The translations under genes and the position numbers were made by a program. Below are positions 40,960 to 54,100 of a stretch of 64,000 nt of DNA, piece by piece. The notes beneath the pieces are model-generated. The model had not been told where the DNA came from. It saw only the letters and a program-made list of their open reading frames with translations, and did no database searches. Numbering within the stretch: position 1 is the first letter of the stretch; each line of letters begins with the position of its first letter. This DNA comes from Octopus vulgaris (taxonomy: Eukaryota). The stretch covers positions 54,994,001 to 55,058,000 of the forward strand of contig OX597818.1 of assembly GCA_951406725.2 (NCBI GenBank), read 5' to 3'.

Positions 40960-41830
40960 TCTTCATGATTTTCTTGCCAAGTTTCTTGCAGTAATATCAA
41001 AAGATCTGGCTTTAAGGATGCTTTCTTTTTCTTTTTAGGAAGTATCCCATCCATCATGCCTCAGATGTGTTCAGTAGGGTTCATATCTGGTGATTGGCTT
41101 AGCTATGGAAGCTTTTTAATGCCATTCTCTTCCAACCAATCCTGGGTCTTTTAGTTGTGCAAGAAAGCCCTATCTTCCATAAATAGTGTTATTTAATCAT
41201 TTTACTCCTGGAGGTTATAGGAAGAAGATTTTTCTATAATATGGACACATATTTATCTGAGTTTATGTATCCCTCACATTCCACCATTTCTGATTGACTA
41301 TTGCTCCAAACTGCTCTCTAGACCATCACATGTTTCATTGTTGGCTGCAATATATTCACGTGAAAATATTGGTGACTGATTCTCCAGACCCACATTCGAT
41401 CAGTGTCAGAAAATACAGCAAATCTGGATTCATCAGAGGATTTGACTGTGTCCCAAAGTGCTAGTGACCTCTCTACCATTTCACTTGTCCAATCTTTTCT
41501 CCATTTGATATTGGCTGGTCGAAGCAGTGTCTTCTTTCTTGCTGCTCTGCCATAATAGCCAATTTTGCGGAGATAACTGACAGCTATTCTGGGACTGACA
41601 TCAACTTATTCTGCTATATTGGAGGCCTTGCAATGAGGATTATCTTACACACTTCTCTTAAGAAAGCAAAGTGTTGTCAGAGGGCCTTAGTCTACCTGGG
41701 TAAGGTGATATGGACTACTTTCCCGTTTAGTGAATTGAAAAATTACTCTATTTACTGTAGAAAGTAGAATCACAATGTTTTCTGTGGTTTTAGGCTAAGT
41801 CAGCCTTGAAATAGGTGCAGCATATGGCCT
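40960..41830 (-). pseudogene. Decayed Tc1-like transposase
   Basis: Minus-strand motifs AARKKTLL, SDESRF and SQSPDMNPTEHI, with stops and frameshifts. Confidence 0.75.
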
Positions 41831-43499
41831 CTTTGTAAATTGGACATTTTTAAGGCTTCTTTTGTACATGGCATGATTAAACAGTTACATATAGAACCTG
41901 AAACATATAAATGTCAATTAATAAAAAAAATATAAACCTCTTCAAGTTATAATAACAATGTGTTAATGGGTATCTATTTACTTTTGTCATGTTTGTGTAC
42001 AAATGTATCATTTGTTACAACTGCACTTTGAAAGAAAAAGAAAACCTTTAGTAGAAAATTAGCATTAGCTACGACAACGTTACCCAACTATTAAATCTTA
42101 TATTTTTCAAACTCATGCTAGGATGGAAAAATGAACGTAGGTATGAGACTTATTTTTACACATGTATTGATGCATATAAAACATGAAATTATGTTGTCTA
42201 CATACTTAAATACTTGCAATTAATTCATTGTAAGAACATAGAATTTTGACAGGTTTTCTTGAGTTGTTGCTCATCTACAATAATCTGATAAATTTGAGGT
42301 TATTGTTGGTTGCATAAGATTGTCACTGAATTTTCTCTCGACAGAAATATCTAATCATTTTATCCATACTAGCATGGGTTGTGTGTGTCATGTTGATATC
42401 TGTTTCAGTTTAATTCCCTCTGCAATAGTTTCTTTTTTTTGTGTTTATGCAATATGGTACTTTCATAAAATACAGTTGTCTCTTGCCTTACACAGTATTC
42501 TGTTTCTTAGTTCACTTTTGCACAATTTTGCTCATTTTCCTCTATTTGTTTCTTTTTGTTTTTACAAATATAGAAGTAGTACTTGCTTCAGTTTCTCATT
42601 ATATTTTGTTAAATATTTTTGAATTTGAAATATTAAAATTGATTTCACTGGAAATGAAAATTCAATGTATAAAATTAACTTTAAACTAGATGTTCAGCAT
42701 CAAATGCAAAAGTTTTACAAAAAGAATTGTCCTCATCATCATCATCATCATTTAATGTCCATTTTCTATGCTGGCTTGGGTTGGACAGTTTCATCAGGGC
42801 TGTAAGCTGAGGGTCTGCAGCAGACTCCAGTCTTGATTTGTCATTGTTTCTATGGCTGGATGCCCTTCTTAACATCAAGCACTCCATGAGTGTTGTGGGC
42901 AGGGGTTGTGAAAAAATTAATTGATGGGAAATTAATTACAATATATTGTCTTCTAAGGCACGGCATGTCATGAAAGGTGTCAGTCATTAGTCATTGCCTT
43001 TATAAGTTCCAACAGTCAAAGATCATGCATTACCACCTTGTCCAATGCCTTCTTATGTCTACTTCTTCTGCCATGTAGCATAGTTGTCTGCACAGGTATA
43101 ATAAATCTGGCTTTCACTCTGAAGGAGAGACCCTTAGTTACTAAACAGAGGAAGGAGCTCTCTGAATTTGCTCAGCCTATTTTTATTCTTGCAGCCTCAC
43201 TCTTGGTTCATCCACCTCTGCTACTGACTTTGTTGCTCAACAATCTTTATCGTACTCCTCTGGTATTTGATGAAGCCCATTTTCTGTACACTTTTAGTGT
43301 TTACTGTACATGTGCACCTTCCACATGCAAAAAATATTTTCCCAGTTTACCTTCCTCTGATATTGCTACACCTATTATGTGTTATACAGAGTACATCTAC
43401 CTACCTGTTTCCTTCATATTGAGGATGGCCATGTACCTGAAGGGCTTTACGATTTATCTGTTTTCCTACTTACTAAGACTTTGTGTTAGGGTTGGGTAG

Positions 43500-43597
43500 G
43501 TTAATTCTGTGACCTTTCAATTCTAGACCTTGCTTCCGTACGCACAATTTGTTCTCTAGTTCTGGTAGTGATTTAGCTATAAGAAGAAGCTCATTAG
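43500..43597 (-). pseudogene. RTE RT fragment downstream of YADD, split by the LTR element (upstream part at about 45540-45610)
   Basis: NELLLIAKSLPELENKLCVRKQGLELKGHRINL matches DDLALIAESLPELEKKFRVWKQGLESKGLRVNV at about 30450. The 45540-45610 segment gives KTGRP*QLLYAD. Confidence 0.7.
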
Positions 43598-45540
43598 TAA
43601 ATAAGTGTGAAAACTCTTTGCTTTCACAAACACTTTATGTACACTGATTGAAGCAATGAAAAAGAAGGTCCTCGGTATACATGAAACGTGAAGGAAAATA
43701 TTTGGATAATGAAACTAATAATGTATGGCTAATTGAATGTAATGTAATAAATGATAATATATGAGTGTTCAGTTGTCATCCTCTATGCCCTCCCCAATTC
43801 CTTTGAGAGAAGCAAAGAAGACTAATAATATGTATTAAATGATTAACGAAAATAATAATTAGTGCAAGAGACCCTTAATCAATATTGACGGTGTGACGAT
43901 CAAGGAGCAACGTGTCAGTTGTGCATCAGGCTTTTGTGTCAGTCTTTGCGAGTCTGGCAGAGCGACAAACAGGACAATTGCTGGATGGAGGATAAACTGC
44001 ATCAGGCAAGGGTCACTTTTGGAAAGCAGGGGTTTCAAGGGGTGTTGGGGTATGACCACTTGTGGTAAAGGTGGGGTAAGTTGGCGTGGCTCTGTGGGTA
44101 GGCGGTGAGATGCTTTTCTGGTCATGGTAATTTTGGAATCGGGAAGTGGGCATTGGTGTTGCAGCTGCATGAGGTGCTGTTAAAGTCGGTTGAGAAGGTA
44201 GTCTCATCACTGGTGTTGGCGTAGGGAACGCATGTGGTCCAGACACCATGAGCAGTGGGCCATGGGGAAGAAGCAGTAGATACTTCCAGAGGAATTTTGT
44301 TGCACAGTGTGACTTGGCCTGATCCATCCACTCTCAACATGTACAGATCGAAATGACGTACATCTAAATGGCACCAGTTTTCCCCCCATTTGTAGGATTG
44401 GGTCAAACTTGGCTCTGGATTAGGACATAGTTCGAAAGAAGTGAGCATGTGTGTTTTGACAACCGTTCAGTAGCACTCATGTTGTGTTTACGCAGGTCTT
44501 CTTTTCAATAAGTCATAGTTTCATGCCATGTGGAATGTAGCTTGTACTTGCCGGGATGGATGGGAATAAAGTATTGTATAGGGCTGCCAAAGATGCACAT
44601 GGCTGGGGACAAGTGTGTGTCCCAGTCAGGTGTATTTCTTTATTGTAGCATTGTGCACTGGAAACTGTCAGTGTTAAGGAAGCCATTGGTGTCAGTGTTG
44701 TCTGTAACGAGGCCCTTTATTGTCTCAATACCGACTTTGGCGCGGCAGTTGTCATGGGGAAATGCAATGGCGGTGATTCTCCCCAATTGTGGAAGAAGGT
44801 ACAATGTCAGCTCATAGCTGATAGGGCAGTGTTAAGTGCCTGTGCGCCATTCGATGCTCCTTTAAGATGGTTTTCCAGACCTGTTAGGACATACCACCAT
44901 TGTCTGTCACCAATTGACAGATGTACCAATGGGAATAGGCTTGATAACTCCAAGTGGAACATTCCGGTCGAGACCTGCTTTTACTTCCTCTTGCCAATGA
45001 ACCAGGACTGGTATGGGCGTATGGTGGGCGACTGGTTTAGCATTAAGCGGATCGGTTGGTCAGACATCTTGGAGAATTGCCGATGGTTGCAGACGTTGAA
45101 TGTGCTGGAGCTGTAGTATTGTAGCAGCTACTTCCTCAGGCGACAACGTTTTTCCTCAGTGGCTGGGAATGGTAGTGTAGTTGGAGGAGGGGGTTGTATT
45201 TGTTGTAGGTGGCAGGTGCATACATTCTGTGTCATTGTTGCAGATGATCGATGAGGCTTGTCAGTACTCTCTCCCATGGATTGTTTACAGGCCAACTCAT
45301 GGCACAATCAGGTGCAGGACAGGGTACGTTGGTCATACTGACTCGCTTTTTGTCATAAATAAGTCTGACAACTGTTTGCTTTCACCAATATTTTATGCAG
45401 TCTGAAGCAATGAGTAAAGGGTCTTCAGTATACCTGAAATGTGAAGGGAAAGATGATGGATAATAAAATGAATAATATATGGCGAATTGAATGTAATGTA
45501 ATAAATTGTAATATATGTGTGTTTAGTTGTAATCCTGTAA
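43598..45540 (-). mobile_element. Old, internally deleted Ty3/Gypsy LTR retrotransposon (about 185-bp LTRs)
   Basis: Diverged direct repeats at about 43598-43785 and 45357-45540. PPT GGAATTGGGGAGGG precedes the 3' LTR. Gag-like start MTNVPCPAPDC; pol remnants LPFPATEE, YYSSSTFN, GVIKPIPIG; integrase [12 protein letters not shown]...RNTPD...SPAMCIFG and VRHFDLYMLRVDGSG. Confidence 0.82.
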
Positions 45541-45991
45541 TCAGCATAGAGGAGTTGCTAGGGTCTGCCTGTTTTATATTTATCTGTTATTACCTGAATG
45601 ATTATGATACCAACAAAAGTCAAGTACATAGGTTTATACTTGGTTAGGTACTTCTCCTGGGGTTTCTTACCAGAAATATATCATGACTGGTGTTTCTTCC
45701 TGATACAAAACCAAATTGCATCTCATCTAGATTAAGTCTTTTCCTAATAAGTTGGGCTATGATCCTCTCCGTGATTTTCATCATCTGAAGAAATTAGTGC
45801 CAGTGCAAGCACTTTATTTTTAAAGCACACATCAGGCATATGTTAACATATTAGCAATGAGAAAGCGCTCTAATCGATGTCTACCTATATACATACATAT
45901 ATGCAGGGTAGCCATGTACTTTCTCTACAGCGACACACCTCTGCCTGTCTCTCTATCATACTACAGGTTAGGATGAAGCCACCTCTCTCAC

Positions 45992-47409
45992 TACTAGCAG
46001 TCCACTCATCCTTGAAATTTACTTTTTAATTTTACTAGTGTCAGTGTTACCAAAACTTTTCTCAGACATAGAAACCATGTGAAAACAGACATTAGATGTA
46101 CGTGTAGTAATTCATCTCAGATAGTGTGAAATAGTCCAACCCATGACAACATGAAAAACGAATGTTAAATGATGATGACACACATACACGTTAATTGTAT
46201 TTCTTATATTAATTTCAATAATTAATTTGTTTCTATTTATAAATAAAAACAATTGATTTCGCATGAGAATGATTAGTTTGATGACTTGTGGAAGCAATGT
46301 ACTGTGTAAATGTAAGGACAACTGTATTTATTAAACAAGTGTATATCATGATTCGACACAGATAAAACTTGACTTTCAAATGTTGGTTGATATTTTGCTT
46401 GTTGTTTGCATATCATGCCTTGTATTATAGATCCCAAATGGCCAAAGGTAAGTGGTCTTTCTTATTTTGGTGTGGGTTTACTGTTAGGATTGGTTTTCAG
46501 AGTTTAGTCTATATTAGGGTCAGCTTGAGGATTTGTGAAGGGTTTTTAGAGAGAATAGTCAAGTAAGAGATCAAAGTTTGAACTAGAGGTTGGGATTTGG
46601 GGTGATGAGGAGAGTAGAGATTGAACAGGTTTATTTATAGTGTTGATGACTGTTTTATATCGGGTTTAGCATTGAAAAGCAGGGATGGGGGCTGGGTGCT
46701 TGGATAAGATGCGGATGTCAGGTTGATCCAAGTTATCTCCATGGTGGTCTTTGGCATGTTGGTAGAGTATAGAAGACTGTTTTCTGTCGTCAAGTTGTCT
46801 TAAATGTTCATTTATCCGTTCCGCAATGCTCTTAGACGTCTCTTCTATGTACATCATGTTCATGTCCTTACAAGCACCTTCTATGCATCTTATATTGTAA
46901 ACTACATTTCGAGTTCTACAGTTAATACCAGGGCTAATTCTACATGCCATGCAGTTATCAATTGTGCATATGGTATTCTTAAACGGGCATGTCCTTCATA
47001 ATTGTGACCTGACGGAGTTCCTTGGCTTTTCAACAATTTTAATGTTGAGTTTGGTCTCTTTCAGAGCTTTTCTAAATCTACGGGCTAGTTCTCCATGGGC
47101 TCTGGCCTCTACTAATATCACTCCTTGAATTTTTACTGGTGAGTGTGTATTTAATAATAAGGCACTAAAAGAGAAAGACTATCCCCAGACACAACAGAAT
47201 ATACACTGTTTTCGCTAATTACTCTTTCACTCACTTTTGCTACTTTCAGTTATTTGACTGCGGCCATGTTGGAGCACCGCCTTCAGTCAAAGAAATAGAG
47301 CCCAGGACCTATTCTCTTTTGCCGAACCGTTCAGTTACGGGTGCGTGAAAACAGCAGCATCGTTTGTCAAGCACTGTTCGATGGATAAAGAGGCATACAA
47401 ACGTATATG

Positions 47410-47440
<31 letters not shown>

Positions 47441-47667
47441 ATATATATATATGTATGTATGTATGTATATATATATATATATATATATGTATACACACAC
47501 GATGGGCTTCATTTAGTTTCCGTCTACGAAATCTATTCACAAGGCTTTGGTCACCCCGAGGCTATAGTTGAAGACACTTGTCCAAGGTTCCACGCAGTGG
47601 GACTGAACCCAGAACACAGTGGTTCGTAAGCAAGCTACTTATCACAAAGCCGCTCCTACGCCTAGCA

Positions 47668-47719
<52 letters not shown>

Positions 47720-48557
47720 CTATTTATAAAACTGAAATGCGAAAAGTTTGTTTGTTTGTTTGTCTGGAACGGTTTAAAGACCACTACATCCCGTCGGATT
47801 GACTCCAAAATTTACCGTTCGTGATCAATCATTCTCACAGAAATGCGTGCACAAACAGACACAGAATGTCATGGTTTAAAGGTCAACATGTTTAAAACAT
47901 AAATAGCTACGAGTTTGTGTATATGCATGTATCTATGTGCATGAGTGCGGACGTGTTTTCAGAATGTCTCAGTTTTAAAGTCAACATATTTAAAACATAA
48001 ATAGGTACGAGATTGCGTCTTTGCATGTATCTATATTCGTGGGTGTGGACGTGTGAGTGTTTGTGCGTGTGTGAGCACAGTCCACCTATACCCAAGCTGG
48101 TTGCATCGTCTCATAAGAAACAGCCGTGAAAGTTCCGGACCACATTAATGAACGCATTTGCATACAAACAATTAGGGTTCGACTTGAACTTGTCCGGTTA
48201 CCAAACAGTAGTGTCTGAATAGGAATTAGCTTGCTTACCTAACAAATGTTTCCGAGTTCAGTCCCACTGGGTGGCATGTTGGGCAAATGTCTTCTACTAT
48301 AGTCTCGGGCCGAACCAAGCCTTGTGAGTGGATTTGGGAGACGGAAACTAAAAAAAAGACTGTCGTATGTATATATATATATATATATATATATGTAGCA
48401 GTAAGAGTGGCTATGTAGCTTGCTTTCCAAACACGGTGTTTCTGGTTCAGTCCAACTGCGTGGCCCCATGGGCAAGTGTCTTCCAATATAGCCTCAGACA
48501 GACCAACGTTTCTGAGTAGATTTTGTACACCGAAACAGAAAGTAGCCCGTGGTATAT

Positions 48558-48605
<48 letters not shown>

Positions 48606-48673
48606 GGAGTAAACACATAAATGTGAAACAAGGTGGAAAAAAGAGTACTGAATTTTCTGCTGCTTAAAATAAA

Positions 48674-48726
<53 letters not shown>

Positions 48727-50165
48727 GAGAGAGAGAGGCATAGGTATATATTGATAGATATATGTATATACATATAGATATTTAAACATATATGGGATGG
48801 CCATAATGGGACATCCGACTCACTAGAGAGAGCAGTTATCTTGCTCATTATAATTTATTAAAAGTAATATAATTATATGTAAGGAAAGTAACTTTGGAAG
48901 ATGTTATCTAGTTATCTCCCTTCCGAGAGTTAATTTCCCTTCATATTTATTTATTGTTAAATTATAATATTCAAGAGAAGTAACTGTAGAAGATACTTTG
49001 TAGTTATCTCCCTTAAGTATGTAGTTATCGTAATATACACTTTGTCGCTCTTAGACTATTTCAGTTATTTCACTGTGACCATGGTGGAGCACCGCCTTTA
49101 GTGAAGCAAATCAACCCCAGGAATTATTCTTTGTATGCCTATTACTTAATGCATAGGTCTCTTTTGCAGAACCGAAAAGTTACGGGGACGTAATGTTCGA
49201 TATACTGATTTAGTAGGTATTTATTCATTGTAAGAATTTCAATTATCATAAATTATGGGCTAGGAAAAATACTAGAAACTTTTTTGATATACCTATTGGG
49301 GCTCCTTGTGTGTGTGGGACTGTTTTTATTTATGTGAGTGTGGGTATTTTCATTTCAGTGTTTGTGTGTGAGAGTGTTTTTATTTCTGCATGCGCGAGTG
49401 TGTGAGCGACTGAGTGTTTCTATTTGTTTGTGTGTGTGCGACACTTACAACTACAACAAACACTTTGACCATTTGTAAGATATCCACTTTTGAGATCATT
49501 AAATACTAAATCAAAATAAGTTCAATTTATTGCACCTTTAGTGGCTTCAGATGTTGCTCATATTTTTCCCATGTGTCGTCAATGTATTAATTTCACAAGT
49601 GGATGACAGAAATTCTAATATAGGCGTGGAGGGAGTTGATATTCTAACTGCGAGTGCAAAGCACCCAATGCCCCTCTACATTCTGAATAAATTGTATGTT
49701 TGTGCTAGTTACGGTTAGGGTTTTATGTGTGAGTGTGTAACTGCGTTTTCATTTCTGTGTGTGGGTGCTTATGTTTGTGTGTGTGTGTGTGTTTGTGCGT
49801 ATGTTAGTGTGTGAGAGTTTGGATGTGTTACCGTATTTTCCATTTGTATTTGTGTGTGTCTGTGTTTGTGCATGTGTAGGTATGTAACTGTTTTCATTTC
49901 TGTGTTTGTCCGCGTGTTTGAGTGTGTGAATATGTATCTGTATTTTTATTTGTGTGTTTGTCTTTGTGTGTATGTGAGTGTTTTTGTGAGAATTTTTTTT
50001 TCAGTGTTTGTGTGCGTGGGACTTTTTATATGTGTGTGTGTTGCTATTTTCATTTAAGTGTCTGTGTTTGTGTGAATGTTTTTATTTTTGTGTGTACGTG
50101 TGTGTGAGCGACTGTGTTTTTATTCGTTTGTTTGTGCGACAATTACAGCTACAACAAACACTACT
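45992..50165 (+). repeat. Segmental duplication copy 2 (paralog of 7343-12260)
   Basis: Collinear with copy 1, differing by SNPs, indels and microsatellite length. Confidence 0.92.
46666..47110 (-). pseudogene. Penelope-like element GIY-YIG endonuclease remnant
   Basis: NCRTRNVVYNIRC..C..MYIEETSKSIAERINEH...SILYQHAKDHH matches the VVY..C..C..YIGET..R..EH GIY-YIG pattern. Confidence 0.82.
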
Positions 50166-51137
50166 GTACCCCAAGGCCGACCTAATCCTTGTGATTGGAT
50201 TTAGTGGAAGGAAACTGATAAAATACCATCGTATATATGTTTAAATGTGTGCGTTTGTTCGCACTCGAAGGGCACAACTTATTGAAAACATAAAATAGCT
50301 TTGCATGTATCTATGTGCATGAGTGCGGAAGTGTGGGTATTTGTTCGTGTGTGAGCACAGTCCACACATACCCAAGGTTGTCGCATCAGCTGTGACCCAA
50401 CCGCGAAAGTCTGTTTTACCCAGACATACACATACAGATATACGTGTATATACCCACGCACGTATATGTAGTGTCTAAAACAAAAAAAGAAGCTAAGGGA
50501 TGGAATGTGAGTTCTTTCCGTTTTATTAAGAAAACTTGCATCTACATGTGTGATAGTACGTGAATGCATTCTCGTGTGCCCTTCGAGTGTCATTATTACT
50601 TTATTACAGATATTACAACATGAAACGTATTATATGACGTTAGGGAAGTAACTCTAGGAGATATTTTCTGCTATCTCCCTAGTGAACATGGACTTTTCTC
50701 GTTATTTACTCTTTTACTCTCATTTGTTTCAGTCATTTGACTGTGGCCATGTTGGAGCACGACCTTTAGTCGAGCATACCGACCCCAGGACTTATTCATT
50801 GTAGGCCTAGTGCTTATTCTATCAGTCTCTTTCGCTGAACCTCTAAGTTATGGGGACGTAAACAGACTAATATCCGTTGTGTAGCAATGTTTGGGAACAA
50901 AGACACACACGCACACAAACATATATATGACTGGAGTTTTCCAGTTTCCTTCCACCAAATCCAATCACAAGGCTTTGGTCGGCTCGGGGCTATAGTAGAT
51001 TTTTCAAACGATGCTGGTGTGTTTTTCGCCCTGTATTTCAGCGGCTCGGCAGAAAAGAATAAGTTAGAATAAATACTAGGCTTAGAAAGAATAAGTGCTG
51101 CTGACGATGTGCTCGAAGAAGATAGATTGTTGTGCGG

Positions 51138-54100
51138 GTAATTGAGGGGAAGGTAATCCAGGTGCAGGTGATTTAGAGTAATGTCATTCATTGGCAGGTG
51201 ATACAGAGCAATGTAATTTAGGGGAAGGTAATCCAGGGGGAGGTAATTTATAGTAATGTCATTCATGGACAGGTAATTCAGGGTCTTGTAATTCAGGGGC
51301 ATGTAATTCAGGGGCATGTAATTGAGGTGCAGGTAATTGAGGGGCTCGTAATCCAGGTGTATGTAATTCAGGGGCATGTAATTCGTGGGTGGGTAATTCA
51401 GAGGAATGTAATTCGGGGGAAGGTAATCCAGGCGCAGGTAATTCAGGCGTAATTCAGGGACAGGTAATTTAGAGGAATATCATTCATGGGCAGGTAATCC
51501 AGGGGCATGTAATTCAGGGGCAGGTAATCGAGGTGCATGTAATTCAGGGGCATGTCATTCACGGGCAGGTAATTCAGGGGCTGGTAATTTAGGGATAGAT
51601 AAATCAGATGCATGAAATTCAGGGGCAGGTCATTCAGGTGCATGTAATTAAGAGGCAGGTAATTCAGGTGCTTGTAATTCAGGGGCACATAATTCAAATG
51701 CATGTAATTTAGGGGCAGGTACTTCAGGGGAAGATATTTTAGGGGCATTTAATTCATGGGCAGGTAATTGAGGGGCATGTAATTTAGGGCCAGGTAGTTC
51801 ACGGGCAGTTAATTGAGGGGCATGTCATTCAGGGGCAGGTAATTCACGGGCATGTAATTTAGGGGCAGGTAATTCACGGGCATGTAAATCAGGTGTATGT
51901 AATTCAGGGGCAGGTAATTCACGTGCAGGTTATTCAGGGACTCAGGGGTAGATACTTGAGGGGCATGTAATTCTGGGGCAGGTAATTCAGGGGCATGTAA
52001 TTCAGGGGCATTTAATTCAGGGGCATTTAATTCAGGTGCGTGTAATTCATGGGTATGTAATTCAGGGGCATGTCATTCAGGGAAGGTAATTCAGGGGCAG
52101 GTAATTCAGGGTTAGGTAATTCAGCGGCATGTAATTGAGGGGCATGTAATTCAGGTGTCTGTAATTCAGGTGTCTGTAATTCAGGTGTATGTAATTCAGG
52201 GGCATGTAATTCGTAGGTGGGTAATTCAGAGGAATGTAATTCAGGGGCATGTAATTCAGGGGAAGGTAATTCAGGGGCAGGTAATTCAGGGGTAATTCAG
52301 AGACAGGTACCTTAGAGGAATGTCATTCATCTGCAGGTAATTTAGGGGCAGGTAATTCAGATGAAAGGTAATTCAGGGAAAGGTAATTCAGGGGCATGTC
52401 ATTCACGGGCTGGTAATTTAGGGATAGATAATTCAGAGGCATGTCATTCAGGGGCAGGTCATTCAGGGTCATGTAATTTAGGGGCAGGTAATTCATTTAA
52501 TTCATGGGCAGGTAATTGAGGGGCAGGTAATTCAGGTGCAGGTTATTCAGGGACTCAGGGGTAGATAATTCAGGGGAGTGTAATTCAGGTGTATGTAATT
52601 CAGGGGCATGTAAATCAGTTGCATGTAATTCAGGGGCATGTAATTCAGGTGCATGTAATTCATGGGCAGGTGATTCAGGGGTATGCAATTCAGGGGCATG
52701 TCATTCAGCGAAGGTAATTCAGGGGCAGGTAATTCAGGGCTAGGTAATCCAGGGGCAGGTAATTCAGGGGGCATGTAATTTAGGAGCATGTAATTCAGGG
52801 GCAGGTAATCTAGGTGCAGGTAATTCAGGGGTATGTCAATCACGGGCAGGTAATTTAGGGATAGATAATTCAGGGGCAGGTCATTTAGGTGCATGTAATT
52901 GAGGGGCAGGTAATTGAAGGCCATGTAATTCAGGGGCAGGTAAATCAGGGGCATGTAATTCTGGGGAAGGTAATTCAGGTGTATGTTATTCAGGGGCAGG
53001 TTATTCAGGGGCAGTTAATCCAGGGGTATGTCATTCACTGGCAGGTAATTCCGGGCAGGTAATTTAGGGATAGATAATTCAGGGGCATATCATTCAGGGT
53101 CAGATCATTCATGTGCATGTAATTAAGAGGCATGTAATTGAGGGACAGGTAATTCAGGGGTATGTAATTCAGGGGCAGGTAATTTAGAGGTATGTCATTC
53201 ATTGGCAGATAATTTAGGGACATGTAATTAAGGGGCAGGTAGTTCAGGGGCATGTAATTCATGGGCAGGTAATTGAGGGGCATGTCATTCAGGGGCATGT
53301 ATTTTAGGGGCAGGTAATTCAGGTGTATGTAATTCATGGGTAGGTAATTGAGGGGCATGTAATTTAGGGGCAGGTAATTCACGGGCATGTAATTCAGGGA
53401 CTCAGGGGCAGATAATTCAGGAGCTGATAATTCAGGTGTATGTAATTCAGGGGCATTTAATTCAGGTGCACTTCATTCAGGGGCAGGTAATTCAGGGGCA
53501 TGTAATTCGGGCATGTAATTCGGGCATGTAATTCATGGGCGGGTAATTGAGGGGAAGGTAATCCAGGAGCAGGTGATTTAGAGGAATGTCATTCATTGGC
53601 AGGTAATTCAGAGGAATGTAATTCAGGGGTAATTTAGGGACAGGTAATTTATAGGAATGTCATTCAGGTGCATGTAATTCAGATGAAATGTAATTCAGGG
53701 GCAGGTAATCTAGGTGCAGGTATTTCAGGGGTATGTCATTCACGGGCAGGTAATTCAGGGGCAGATAAATTAGGGATAGACAATTCAGAGACATGTCATT
53801 CAGGGGCAGGTCATTCAGGTGCATGTAATTAAGAGACATGTAATTGAGGGGCAGGTAATTCAGGGTCATGTAATTCAGGTGTTTGTAATTCAGGGGCAGG
53901 TAATTCAGATGCATGTAATTTAGTGGCAGGTAATTCAGGGGCAGGTACGTCAGGGTTAAGTAATTAAGGGACATGTCATTCAGAGCAAGGTAATTCAGAC
54001 GCAGGTAATTGAGGGGCAGGTAATTCAGGTTTATGTAATTCAGGTGCAGGTAATTCAGGGGCATGTAATTAAGGGGCATGTAATTCAGGGGCATGGAATT

